Assembly: GCA_965223705.1 (NCBI GenBank)
Contig: OZ245015.1
Span: forward strand, 1,056,001 to 1,120,000
Direction of reading: 5' to 3'
Length of the DNA: 64,000 bases
DNA from: Myxococcota bacterium
Lineage (GTDB): Bacteria; Myxococcota_A; UBA9160; UBA6930
Position numbers and translations under genes: made by a program. Shown one piece after another: positions 30,266 to 39,212 of this stretch. The first letter of the stretch is position 1. Every line of letters begins with the position of its first letter. The notes under the pieces are model-generated. The model did no database searches and was not told the origin of the DNA. It worked only from the letters and a program-made list of their open reading frames with translations.

Positions 30266-30850
30266 ATGGCGGATCTCGACCTCGGAGAGCGCGTCGAGAG
30301 CCTCCTGGCCGAGGGTCTCGAGCATTTCGGAAACGGGCGGGCGGACCGCGCGATCGTTTGTTGGCGCGAGGTGTTGCACCTCGATCCGACGAGTATCGAA
30401 GCGCGGGACTATCTCGCGGATGCCGGCGCGGGCGAAAAACCCGAATCGTCGCCATCGGCGAACGCACGCCCTTACAAGGAGTCGCTCCTCGCGGAAGCGA
30501 TCGACTCGATCGCCCTGGGAGATCTCGAACCCGCGTTCGAGGTGCTCGAGTTGCTCGCCGCTCAAGAACCGGCGGACCTTCCGATCCAAGGCCACTACGA
30601 ACTCGCGCGCACGGAGCTCGCTCGCGTGTATCGGCGCGAGCTCGGTGACGGGGCGACCGCCTACGAAATTGAAAGTCGCGACCGCTTGTACGGCCTCAAT
30701 CTTCCCACCGAAGCGGGCTACTTGGCGTCGTTGGTCGACGGAGAAGCGACCCTCGACAGCATTCTCGATGTCTCGGCGATCGATCGCTTCGAAACGGTGC
30801 GCACACTGGTCCGTTTGAAGAACGCCGGCGTCATCCGGGAAAAGGCGTAA
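30266..30850 (+). CDS. Hypothetical protein: TPR-like N-terminus plus wHTH-like C-terminus
   Basis: GLEHF..G..DRAI..W..VL.LDP...EARDYL TPR; C-terminal GYLASLVDG..T...IL...G(V)I. Confidence 0.7.
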   Translation: MADLDLGERVESLLAEGLEHFGNGRADRAIVCWREVLHLDPTSIEARDYLADAGAGEKPESSPSANARPYKESLLAEAIDSIALGDLEPAFEVLELLAAQEPADLPIQGHYELARTELARVYRRELGDGATAYEIESRDRLYGLNLPTEAGYLASLVDGEATLDSILDVSAIDRFETVRTLVRLKNAGVIREKA

Positions 30851-30852
30851 AC

Positions 30853-31815
30853 GTGGACTACGAACTGCTCCAGGCCATCGACGAGCCGGGGTTCGTCGCG
30901 ACCCCCGAAGGCATGATCACCCACGTCAACCCGAGCTTCAGGCGCCGAATTGCCGTCGAAGGACCCCCGCTCGACGAGTCACCCGGGCGTCTGCTCGAAG
31001 ATCTCTTCGACGGGGGCGCGCGCGAATCGATCCTCGACGCGGTGATGAAGGTCGGCCGCGAGCAAGTGAGCCAACGGTTCTTTGCGCGAAACGCGGGCTA
31101 TGGCTACGCGGGCATCGCGTCTCCGGTGTTCACGGACAACCGGGTCGATGCTGTCGTCGTGTTGCTGCACCCGGCTCCCGAAGGTTCCCAGCGAATTCTC
31201 CAGATGCAGCGCGAGATCGACGATCCGTTGCACGAGATTCGCAAGGCGCTCGACATCGTGCTCGAGCAGACGGGAGGGCGACGGGCGTCGCGCTATCGCT
31301 ACGTGGTCGAAGGCGCGCGCCACGCAGCGGCCCGAGCGCTCGAGTGGAGCACCCAACTGCGGCGTCTGCTCACGAAGGACGATCTGCCCGGCGCTGCTGA
31401 ATCGTCGGGGGCGTTCGATCCCGCGGACGCGCTTCGCACGGTGGCTCAGTCGGTGAGCGAGGACGTCGCGCGGTTGAACATTCCCCTCGATCTCCATTCG
31501 AAGAATTCATTGCCTCCGATTCGGGGCGATCGGATCCAACTCGAGACGATGCTCATTCGATTCCTTCGCGAGCGACTGGCCAAGGATGAGGCGCCCGCAC
31601 GCCTCGCGTTGTCCGCTCGCAGTGCGGGACGAGACGGGGCGAAGCACATCGTGATGGCGTTGACCGAGCAGCCCCGCGCGGGCAGCTCGCCGAGCGAACA
31701 GACGCCGCCGCCGCTTCTCAACGACTGGGTCGAGGCTCTCGGCGGAACACTCGCGAGCGTCTCGAACCCCACCCTCGGGCGTACGCTCGTGATCCAATTC
31801 CCCCAGGCCGGCTAG
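30853..31815 (+). CDS. PAS-domain protein with degenerate histidine-kinase-like C-terminus
   Basis: PAS start (LLQAIDEP..V...G.I..VN), H-box-like QREIDDPL without His, LPPIRGDRIQLE, terminal G.TLVIQFP. Confidence 0.65.
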   Translation: MDYELLQAIDEPGFVATPEGMITHVNPSFRRRIAVEGPPLDESPGRLLEDLFDGGARESILDAVMKVGREQVSQRFFARNAGYGYAGIASPVFTDNRVDAVVVLLHPAPEGSQRILQMQREIDDPLHEIRKALDIVLEQTGGRRASRYRYVVEGARHAAARALEWSTQLRRLLTKDDLPGAAESSGAFDPADALRTVAQSVSEDVARLNIPLDLHSKNSLPPIRGDRIQLETMLIRFLRERLAKDEAPARLALSARSAGRDGAKHIVMALTEQPRAGSSPSEQTPPPLLNDWVEALGGTLASVSNPTLGRTLVIQFPQAG

Positions 31816-31844
31816 CCGGGCGGTAGCGCGTTACCTTCGGCGGC

Positions 31845-33035
31845 ATGTCGAAGGGTAAATTCAAACGCGTTTGCCTCGCGTACAGCGGTGGCCTCGATAC
31901 GTCTGTGATTCTGCGCTGGTTGATCGAGGCGTACGACTGCGAAGTCGTGGCCTACTGCGCCGACGTGGGCCAAGAAGAAGAGCTGTCCGGCCTTCCCGAG
32001 AAAGCGAAGGAAACCGGGGCCGCCGATTGCGTCATCCGCGATCTGCGCGAAGAGTTTGTCGACGATTACGTGTTCCCGGCGATCGCGGGCCACGCCGTCT
32101 ACGAGGGCACGTACCTGCTCGGCACGGCGCTCGCTAGGCCCGTGATCGCGAAGCATCAGATCGAGGTGGCCAAAGAAACCGGCTGCGACGCGGTGGCTCA
32201 TGGCGCGACGGGGAAGGGCAACGATCAAGTCCGCTTCGAGCTGACCTACCGCGCGTTGGCGCCGGAGATCGCGGTCATCGCGCCGTGGCGAACCTGGGAC
32301 CTCCGGTCGCGCAGCGACTGCATCGCGTACGCGGAGAAGTACGCGATCCCGGTCCAGGCGACGGCGGCGAAGCCCTACTCCATCGACCGCAACCTCCTCC
32401 ACATCTCGTTCGAGGGAGGCATCCTGGAAGATCCGTGGCGCGCGCCGGACGAGAGCATGTTCGTGCTCACGACCGGCGCGGAAGACGCGCCCGACACGCC
32501 GGCGGAGATCGTGATCGGTTTCGAAAAGGGCGTGCCGACGACCGTCGACGGCGAGCGGTTGTCGCCGGCGGCCCTTCTGTTGCGTCTCAACCAAATCGCG
32601 GGCGCCCACGGCGTCGGCCGCGTCGACATGGTGGAGTCGCGATTTGTCGGCATCCGCTCGCGCGGTGTGTACGAAACGCCGGGTGGCACCGTGCTCCACG
32701 CGGCCCACCGCGCCGTCGAGTCGCTGACCCTCGATCGCGAGGTCATGCACGAACGCGATCGGTTGTCGCCGCGCCTCGCGGAGCTGATCTACAACGGGTT
32801 CTGGTTTTCTCCCGAGATGGATTTCCTGCGCGCCGCGATCGATGCGTCACAGCGAAACGTGACAGGTGAGGCGCGGGTCAAGCTCTACAAAGGCGGCTTG
32901 CAAGTCACAGGACGACGCTCTCCCGTCTCTCTCTATTCGGAGACGTTGTCGACGTTCGAAGACGACGGCGATGCGTACGACCAAGCGGACGCCGGGGGCT
33001 TTATCCGCCTTCAGGGACTTCGACTGCGCCCCTAG
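31845..33035 (+). CDS. argG: Argininosuccinate synthase
   Basis: LAYSGGLDTS, HGATGKGNDQVRFE, SRGVYETPGG. Confidence 0.97.
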   Translation: MSKGKFKRVCLAYSGGLDTSVILRWLIEAYDCEVVAYCADVGQEEELSGLPEKAKETGAADCVIRDLREEFVDDYVFPAIAGHAVYEGTYLLGTALARPVIAKHQIEVAKETGCDAVAHGATGKGNDQVRFELTYRALAPEIAVIAPWRTWDLRSRSDCIAYAEKYAIPVQATAAKPYSIDRNLLHISFEGGILEDPWRAPDESMFVLTTGAEDAPDTPAEIVIGFEKGVPTTVDGERLSPAALLLRLNQIAGAHGVGRVDMVESRFVGIRSRGVYETPGGTVLHAAHRAVESLTLDREVMHERDRLSPRLAELIYNGFWFSPEMDFLRAAIDASQRNVTGEARVKLYKGGLQVTGRRSPVSLYSETLSTFEDDGDAYDQADAGGFIRLQGLRLRP

Positions 33036-33174
33036 ATCCCGCCGGAAAGCTGACTGAGAGTCACTTCTCCGATGAACGCCGCCCCTCCGCGCGACGTCTA
33101 AACTGCCGAGCCGCGCTTCGGCACCGCTATCGTTGGTGTTCCGAGAGGTTGCTCACGCAAGGAGAAGTCGCTCG

Positions 33175-34461
33175 ATGCTAAAAACCCTCGTCATCCTGTT
33201 GTCGGCGCTGTCGCTTCCCGCTCTCGCACAATCGGATGGCGTCCCCTTCAAGGAAGGAGACGTGCTCGGTTACGACCGGATCGAGGACCTAAAACCCTAC
33301 CTGCCCCAAGAGTTCTGGACGCATCGCGACATCTTCTTTTGGGAAGGCATGCAGCTCGAGATCGGCCCGCCGTTCCGCGATTACTCGCCGCCGCCGGAAT
33401 TCGAGGCGGTGACCGAGCGCTACAAAGGGCAAGCGCGGATCGGTCCGGGCAACAGCCTCGAGAACTACACCGCAGGCGAGCCGTTCCCGATGGAGGAGAT
33501 CGATTGTCTGGGCGACCCCCAGGCGGGGGCCAAAGTCATCTGGAACTTCGACCGGCAGTGGTCGGGGGACGGCGCGGACAACCACTTCCTCTACACCTAC
33601 TTCGATCGCGGCGAGCAGCTCTCGCTCTACTACCAAGGGGAAGCGAAAGTCGTCGAGATGACGGGTCGCATCGAGCCCGAATATCTCGACAAGAACGGCG
33701 GCGACATCTTCAAGAACGACAAGCGCAAGACGGTGCTCGGTATCGAAGTCGAGGAGCCGTTCGAGTCGCGAGGCCTGGCGGCCATCACGTACCGCTACAA
33801 GGGGTCTCAGAACCCTCCGGAGACCAGCAAGTACGACGATACGTGGATCTATCAACCCGATGCGCGGCGCGTGCGTCGGTTTGCCACGAAGCAGCGAACC
33901 GACGCGATCTCGGGGACCGACTTCAGCTTCGATGATCTCCGGAGCTTCGCGGGCATCGTCCCTCACTACAATTGGACCTGCCTCGGCGAGATGGTGTTGA
34001 TCGCCCCGATGAACACCCAGATGCGCGCTTACCCCTACTCGAAAGACGCGGACTTCGGCCCGCGCGGACTCTCGTTTGCCAACGATCGCTGGGAGCTGCG
34101 TCACGCGATCGCGATCCGATCGGTCCCGGTGGATCCTTCCCACCCGTATTCCCGGAAAGATCTCTACATCGACAAGCAGAGCCTGACGCCGCTCTACTCG
34201 TTCGCTTACGATCGAAAAGACTCGCTGTGGAAGATCATCTGGCACAACCACCGCTGGAGCGAAGACGATCCCGAGTGGTACAAGGGCTGGAAAGGTGTCA
34301 AGCGTCCGCGAGACATGCGCATCGTGAGCGATATCATCGCCAACGCACAGACGGGAACGGGCAACCGCATCGAGTTCTGGGACAGCCATGGCACGCCGCT
34401 TCGTAACAAAGCCAAGGTCCGGCGTTACATCGACGTCAGTCGCCTCACACAAGGGCGCTAA
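33175..34461 (+). CDS. DUF1329-family (LolA-like) periplasmic protein
   Basis: Signal peptide, G.PFP..DPQAG.K.IWN, DTWIY.P..RRVRR, HPYSRK.LYID, YDRK..LWK. Confidence 0.8.
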   Translation: MLKTLVILLSALSLPALAQSDGVPFKEGDVLGYDRIEDLKPYLPQEFWTHRDIFFWEGMQLEIGPPFRDYSPPPEFEAVTERYKGQARIGPGNSLENYTAGEPFPMEEIDCLGDPQAGAKVIWNFDRQWSGDGADNHFLYTYFDRGEQLSLYYQGEAKVVEMTGRIEPEYLDKNGGDIFKNDKRKTVLGIEVEEPFESRGLAAITYRYKGSQNPPETSKYDDTWIYQPDARRVRRFATKQRTDAISGTDFSFDDLRSFAGIVPHYNWTCLGEMVLIAPMNTQMRAYPYSKDADFGPRGLSFANDRWELRHAIAIRSVPVDPSHPYSRKDLYIDKQSLTPLYSFAYDRKDSLWKIIWHNHRWSEDDPEWYKGWKGVKRPRDMRIVSDIIANAQTGTGNRIEFWDSHGTPLRNKAKVRRYIDVSRLTQGR

Positions 34462-35935
34462 GCGCCGCCGAACCAGGTTGGCCGGCGCGCTGCTCGCGGG
34501 AGCGATCGCACTCGCCGGTTGCCACGAAACGGGTTTGTCGCCGCGGGGCGGTGTTCCTGGACTGGGCGTGCTCGACGATCTCTTCGCGGTTTCGGTGGTA
34601 TCTCCGGAGCACCTGGTCGCCGTGGGCTACTGGGGAGCGGCCTACGTTTCGACCGACGGCGGCAACAGCTGGCAACGCGGCGAGACGAACACCCGAAGCC
34701 TCATCAACGACGTTTCGATGGGAGACGCGAAACGCGGCTACGCCGTCGGTCAGCGGGGTTTGTTGCTCCGGACGGACGACGGCGGCCTCACGTGGGAAAC
34801 GCTTCCAAACCCGAAGGCCGACCAACAGGTCCACTTTTTTTCGGTGCACGCCCTCGACGCGAAGCGGCTTTGGATCGTGGGCGAGTGGGGCACCCGACTC
34901 TACAGCGACGACGGGGGCGAGTCGTTTCGGGACGAGTCTCTGGTCGTTTCGCCGGGCCATCCTCAATTCGTATGGCTTTCTGTCGACGATCAGGAGCGGA
35001 TCCGCGCCGGTGAGAGCGTCTTCGAGGACATCGGTCTCACCGACGTGTGGTGCTTACCGAACGCGGATCGTTGTTGGATTGTCGGCGAATTCGGCACGGT
35101 GTTCTTCAGCGATTCCGGCGGCGTGTCTCGCGATGGCGAGCGCGGCTGGCAGCGCGGCGAGATTCTCGCCGACGAGAAGCCCGAGCCCGTTGTCCTGGGT
35201 GAGGGGGTCACAGAACTGTCGCGGGAGCAACTCGCGAACCTCGAGGCCTATGCGGCGACGCTTCAGAGTCAGCCCCACTTGATCGTCGCCATCGAGCCGC
35301 GCCTCTCGCCCGCCGAGATCGCGAGCTACCGACCGGGTGGCGATCCGTACCCGCTCTTCGAGCTCATCGACGCGCGATCGCAGTCGATTCAATTCGCGCT
35401 CGAAGGCGCGGGATTGCTTTCGGATCGCGTCAGGCAGCGCGGTGCGCCGCCGTGGGACTACGAAGATTTCATCGAGGACGACCCGGAAATTCTCGGACGT
35501 TGGCTCGAGAGTCGACGCGGCGAAGAGGCGCGGGTCGATCTCGAGATCGCGCAGAGCCCCTATTTGTTTTCGGTGCGATTTAGCGACGCCAAGCACGGCA
35601 CGGTCGCGGCGCTGGGCGGTGTCGTGATGCGCTCCGTCGACGGCGGGCGCACCTGGCGATACACCGAAGTCGGTCGCAAAGCGGCGGTTTTTGGTACCGC
35701 CCCGCTCGCGAACGATCGTGTGCTGGCCTTTGGCGAGAAAGGCCTGGCGCGGCTCACCACCGACGGTGGCGCGTCTTGGGCGCGGCCGAGCGAGGGTTTC
35801 CCGGACCTCTTTACGTTCCTACGCGACGCCGCGTTTGCGGGCGATACCGGCTACCTCGTGGGCCAGGGCGGCTTGGTGCTCCGGACCGACGACGCGGGCA
35901 AGAGCTGGTCTCAGCTGCTTCCGCCGCCGTCCTAG
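34388..35935 (+). CDS. YCF48-like BNR/Asp-box beta-propeller lipoprotein (start uncertain; TTG 34478 possible)
   Basis: Lipobox LAGC; repeated S/T-x-D-G-G-x-S/T-W Asp boxes and AVG..G motifs; usual partner of DUF1329. Confidence 0.8.
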   Translation: MARRFVTKPRSGVTSTSVASHKGAKRRRTRLAGALLAGAIALAGCHETGLSPRGGVPGLGVLDDLFAVSVVSPEHLVAVGYWGAAYVSTDGGNSWQRGETNTRSLINDVSMGDAKRGYAVGQRGLLLRTDDGGLTWETLPNPKADQQVHFFSVHALDAKRLWIVGEWGTRLYSDDGGESFRDESLVVSPGHPQFVWLSVDDQERIRAGESVFEDIGLTDVWCLPNADRCWIVGEFGTVFFSDSGGVSRDGERGWQRGEILADEKPEPVVLGEGVTELSREQLANLEAYAATLQSQPHLIVAIEPRLSPAEIASYRPGGDPYPLFELIDARSQSIQFALEGAGLLSDRVRQRGAPPWDYEDFIEDDPEILGRWLESRRGEEARVDLEIAQSPYLFSVRFSDAKHGTVAALGGVVMRSVDGGRTWRYTEVGRKAAVFGTAPLANDRVLAFGEKGLARLTTDGGASWARPSEGFPDLFTFLRDAAFAGDTGYLVGQGGLVLRTDDAGKSWSQLLPPPS

Positions 35936-35938
35936 CGC

Positions 35939-37570
35939 TCAGGCGTTTTCCGCTTCTGCCCGCAGCTCCACGCGGCGGATCTTCCCGCTCACGGTCTTCG
36001 GAAGCTCCGGTCGGTACTCGATCGAGCGCGGGTACTTGTACGGCGCGGTCACGGTCTTGCAGTGATCTTGGAGCTTCTTCGTCAACGCGTCGTCACCGGT
36101 GACCCCGGCTCGCAGCACCACGAACGCTTTCACGATCGCCCCGCGGTCCGGGTCGGGAGCGGCGACCACCGCCGCTTCGACGACGTCGGGATGCTCGACC
36201 AGCGCACTCTCGACTTCGAACGGCCCGATGCGGTAGCCGGCGGAAATGATGACATCGTCCGCTCGGCCGACGAACCAGAAGTAACCGTCTTCGTCGCGCG
36301 ACGCGCGATCGCCGGTGATGTAGTAGGGGCCGCGGCGGCATTTCGTGCTCGCCGCCTCGTCCTTCCAATATTCGAGGAAGAGGCTCGGCGGGCGGCCCTC
36401 GATGGCCACGTCGCCGATCTCGCCGACCGGCAGGACCTGGGCGTCGTCGCCGATGATCTCGACGCGATGCCCCGGCATCGGAAGGCCCATCGAGCCGGGC
36501 CGAACTTCGATCCCCGGATGGTTGCCGACGAGAAGAATCGTCTCGGTCTGGCCGTAGCCGTCGCGGATCGTCAGCCCCGTCGCTTCTTTCCACGCGCGGA
36601 TGACTTCGGGATTGAGCGGCTCACCAGCCGAGACGCACTCGCGCAGCCCGGCGAACTCGAAGTCCGCGAGGTTCTCTTTGACGAGCATGCGGAACTCGGT
36701 CGGGGGCGCGCAAAAGACCGCGGGTTGAATCTCCTGAAGGAGTTCGAGCTCCTTGCGCGCGTCGAAGCGTCCTCCGTACATGAAGACTTCCGCGCCGACA
36801 CTCCACGGTCCGAACAGCACGCTGTACGCCGCCTTGGCCCAGCCGGTATCGCTGGTGGTCCACATGCGTTCGCCCCGGGTGACGCCGAGCCACACCTCCG
36901 CCGTATAACGCTGGGCAAAGGTGTACGCGTGGGCGTGCAGCACCGCTTTCGGCGGGCCCGTCGTTCCCGACGTGTAGTAGACGAGGGCGGGGTCGTCGGC
37001 GGACGTCTCGGGTTGTCCGGCGCTGCTCGCATCCGCGCCGGCCGATTCCGCGAGAAAATCCGTCCAGCCGCCCGGGGCTTGCCCACCGCTCGGGTCGACG
37101 GCGAGGAAGTGCCGAATGCCGGTGAGCTTCGCGCGCGCCGCTTCGACCGTCGGGATCTCGGTCGGGGACGCCACGATCGCGACCGCCCCACTGTGCTCGG
37201 CGCGGTACAGCAGATCTTTCTCGCGCAAAATGGTCGAGCTCGGAATGACCAGGGCGCCGGCTTTGAGACCACCCACCACCACCAGATGCCATTCCGGAAG
37301 CTTCGGCAACATCACGATGACCGGGTCGCCGGGGCCAATTCCCATCGAGCGCAGGGTATTGGCTACGCGGTTGGTCGCATCTCGAACTTCGCGGAAGGTC
37401 AGGCTGCGATCGGGCCCGGAGTCCGGCCGGAACAGGAGGGCCGGCAAGTCGGGATCCTCGGCGTGGCGATCGACCACGTCTCGCCCGAAGTTGAAGTTCG
37501 GGGGCACTTCCCAACGGAAATCTTCGAAACGTCTACGGTATTCGGCGAGCGCGGCTTCCGGGTCGGGCAC
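35939..37570 (-). CDS. Medium-chain acyl-CoA synthetase (AMP-binding, ACSM-like)
   Basis: YYTSGTTGPPK, SDTGWAK, YGQTE, GRADDVI, YRIGPFEVES, LPKTVSGKIRR. Confidence 0.93.
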   Translation of the reverse strand: MPDPEAALAEYRRRFEDFRWEVPPNFNFGRDVVDRHAEDPDLPALLFRPDSGPDRSLTFREVRDATNRVANTLRSMGIGPGDPVIVMLPKLPEWHLVVVGGLKAGALVIPSSTILREKDLLYRAEHSGAVAIVASPTEIPTVEAARAKLTGIRHFLAVDPSGGQAPGGWTDFLAESAGADASSAGQPETSADDPALVYYTSGTTGPPKAVLHAHAYTFAQRYTAEVWLGVTRGERMWTTSDTGWAKAAYSVLFGPWSVGAEVFMYGGRFDARKELELLQEIQPAVFCAPPTEFRMLVKENLADFEFAGLRECVSAGEPLNPEVIRAWKEATGLTIRDGYGQTETILLVGNHPGIEVRPGSMGLPMPGHRVEIIGDDAQVLPVGEIGDVAIEGRPPSLFLEYWKDEAASTKCRRGPYYITGDRASRDEDGYFWFVGRADDVIISAGYRIGPFEVESALVEHPDVVEAAVVAAPDPDRGAIVKAFVVLRAGVTGDDALTKKLQDHCKTVTAPYKYPRSIEYRPELPKTVSGKIRRVELRAEAENA

Positions 37571-37726
37571 GGGCGGATCCTCCTTCGGGGCCGCGCCGGG
37601 GCGGCCGTCCTCTTCTATGATGCGGCGAACCGTCTTTAGCCGGCAAGTCGGACCTCCGATACTGCAAGACGAGGACGTTCGCTCTCGGCCACGCGAATCC
37701 CGGGCTGAGGCGTTTCAAAGGTTTGC

Positions 37727-39139
37727 ATGACGGCGCTAGCAGAACATACCGAGGGGACGGACTGGACACCCCGCGTGATCGTGGTCGACGACGATCGGTT
37801 CCACCGGGAATTGGCGGTCGACGCCTTGCGGGGCGTCGCGCACGTGCGCGCTTGCAGCAACGCCTCGGAAGCCCTCGAGGCCCTGGAAGAAGCCCCGGCA
37901 GACCTGGTTTTGAGCGACCTCGAGATGCCGGAAACCAGTGGTGTCGAACTGCTCCAGCGCGTGCGGCACGACCATCCCGGCACGGACTTCATGTTGTTGA
38001 CCGGGAACGCTTCCCTCGACTCGGCCATTGCCGCGCTGCGGCAGGGTGCCGTCGATTACCTGCGCAAGCCGATCGATCCCGAAGAACTCGCTCTGGTCGT
38101 CAAGCGTTGTCTGTCCCAGCGTCGCTTGCTGCGCGAGAACACGCGTCTCCGGGATGCCCTCGAAACCATTGACGCGACGCGAACGTTGTCGAGTTGTCTC
38201 GAGCCTCGCGACGTGTACACAGCCGCTCTCGAGCTCGCGCTTCGGATCCTACCGCGCCGCCGGGGCGGTGCGATCTTTCACCGAGGGATGGCGACCGAGA
38301 CGGACGGCGCACTCCTGCGCGGCTTCGACGACGCGGAGGCCACCATCTTGACGCGAGAGCTCGCACGCGAGAAGCCACTCGATTGGAGCGGGCACGACCC
38401 GGTTTTCGTCCACCAGCGCGGGCGATTGCTCGACGCGCTTCGCGAAGCCGGTTGTGAGCCCACGTCGGTCCTGTCCCTGTCGCTGGCCGGCGACGACGGG
38501 GAATCCGGTTTGCTCTTCTTCCCGGACGATCACGGCGAGCCCTTCGGCGGTCCCGAAATCGAACGCGCCACGATCCTGGCCGACCAAACGAACGCCGCGC
38601 TCCGCAATGCCGAGCGCTACATCCAGGCGAAGGAACGGGCGTTTATCGACGACGTCACCGAGGTGTACAACGCGCGCTATCTGCTCGAGGCGACCGATCG
38701 CGAGCTGCGCCGCGCGGAGCGGTACAAGTCCGATCTATCGGTGTTGTTCCTCGACCTCGATCGCTTCAAGTTGGTGAACGACAACTACGGCCATCTGGTC
38801 GGGTCGAACACCCTGAGGCAGCTCGCTCGGGTTTTGCAAGATTGTGTGCGTCAGGTCGACACATTGGCCCGCTACGGGGGCGACGAGTTCACGATCATCC
38901 TGGTCGATACCGACGAGCCGGGCAGCCTCCTGGTTGCCGAACGCATTCGCCAGACGGTCGAGGAAACGGCGTTCGAGGCCGGACCCGACCGAACGCTGCA
39001 TCTCACCTGCAGCGTGGGCGTGGCGAGCTACCCGGTCCACGGCGCGAGCCGCGAAGCCCTGCTCGACGCGGCGGACAAAGCGATGTACCGGGCGAAGTCC
39101 CGGGGTCGGAACCGAGTTTGCTCGGCGGCGGAGCTCTAG
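37727..39139 (+). CDS. Response-regulator diguanylate cyclase (REC-GAF-like-GGDEF)
   Basis: REC VVDDD/SDLEMP/KP; DLDRFKLVND, I-site RQVD, intact GGDEF. Confidence 0.92.
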   Translation: MTALAEHTEGTDWTPRVIVVDDDRFHRELAVDALRGVAHVRACSNASEALEALEEAPADLVLSDLEMPETSGVELLQRVRHDHPGTDFMLLTGNASLDSAIAALRQGAVDYLRKPIDPEELALVVKRCLSQRRLLRENTRLRDALETIDATRTLSSCLEPRDVYTAALELALRILPRRRGGAIFHRGMATETDGALLRGFDDAEATILTRELAREKPLDWSGHDPVFVHQRGRLLDALREAGCEPTSVLSLSLAGDDGESGLLFFPDDHGEPFGGPEIERATILADQTNAALRNAERYIQAKERAFIDDVTEVYNARYLLEATDRELRRAERYKSDLSVLFLDLDRFKLVNDNYGHLVGSNTLRQLARVLQDCVRQVDTLARYGGDEFTIILVDTDEPGSLLVAERIRQTVEETAFEAGPDRTLHLTCSVGVASYPVHGASREALLDAADKAMYRAKSRGRNRVCSAAEL

Positions 39140-39212
39140 GGCACACGCCCCTCGGAATGGCGTTTAAGGGTTCCCTCTGCTAACGCAGCGGAGCTTCAGG
39201 CGGAGCGAGATC

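Noticed and set aside
28692..30850. dnaK pseudogene or frameshift into the next ORF
   Set aside because: The downstream ORF does not resemble the DnaK lid, and all catalytic motifs are intact
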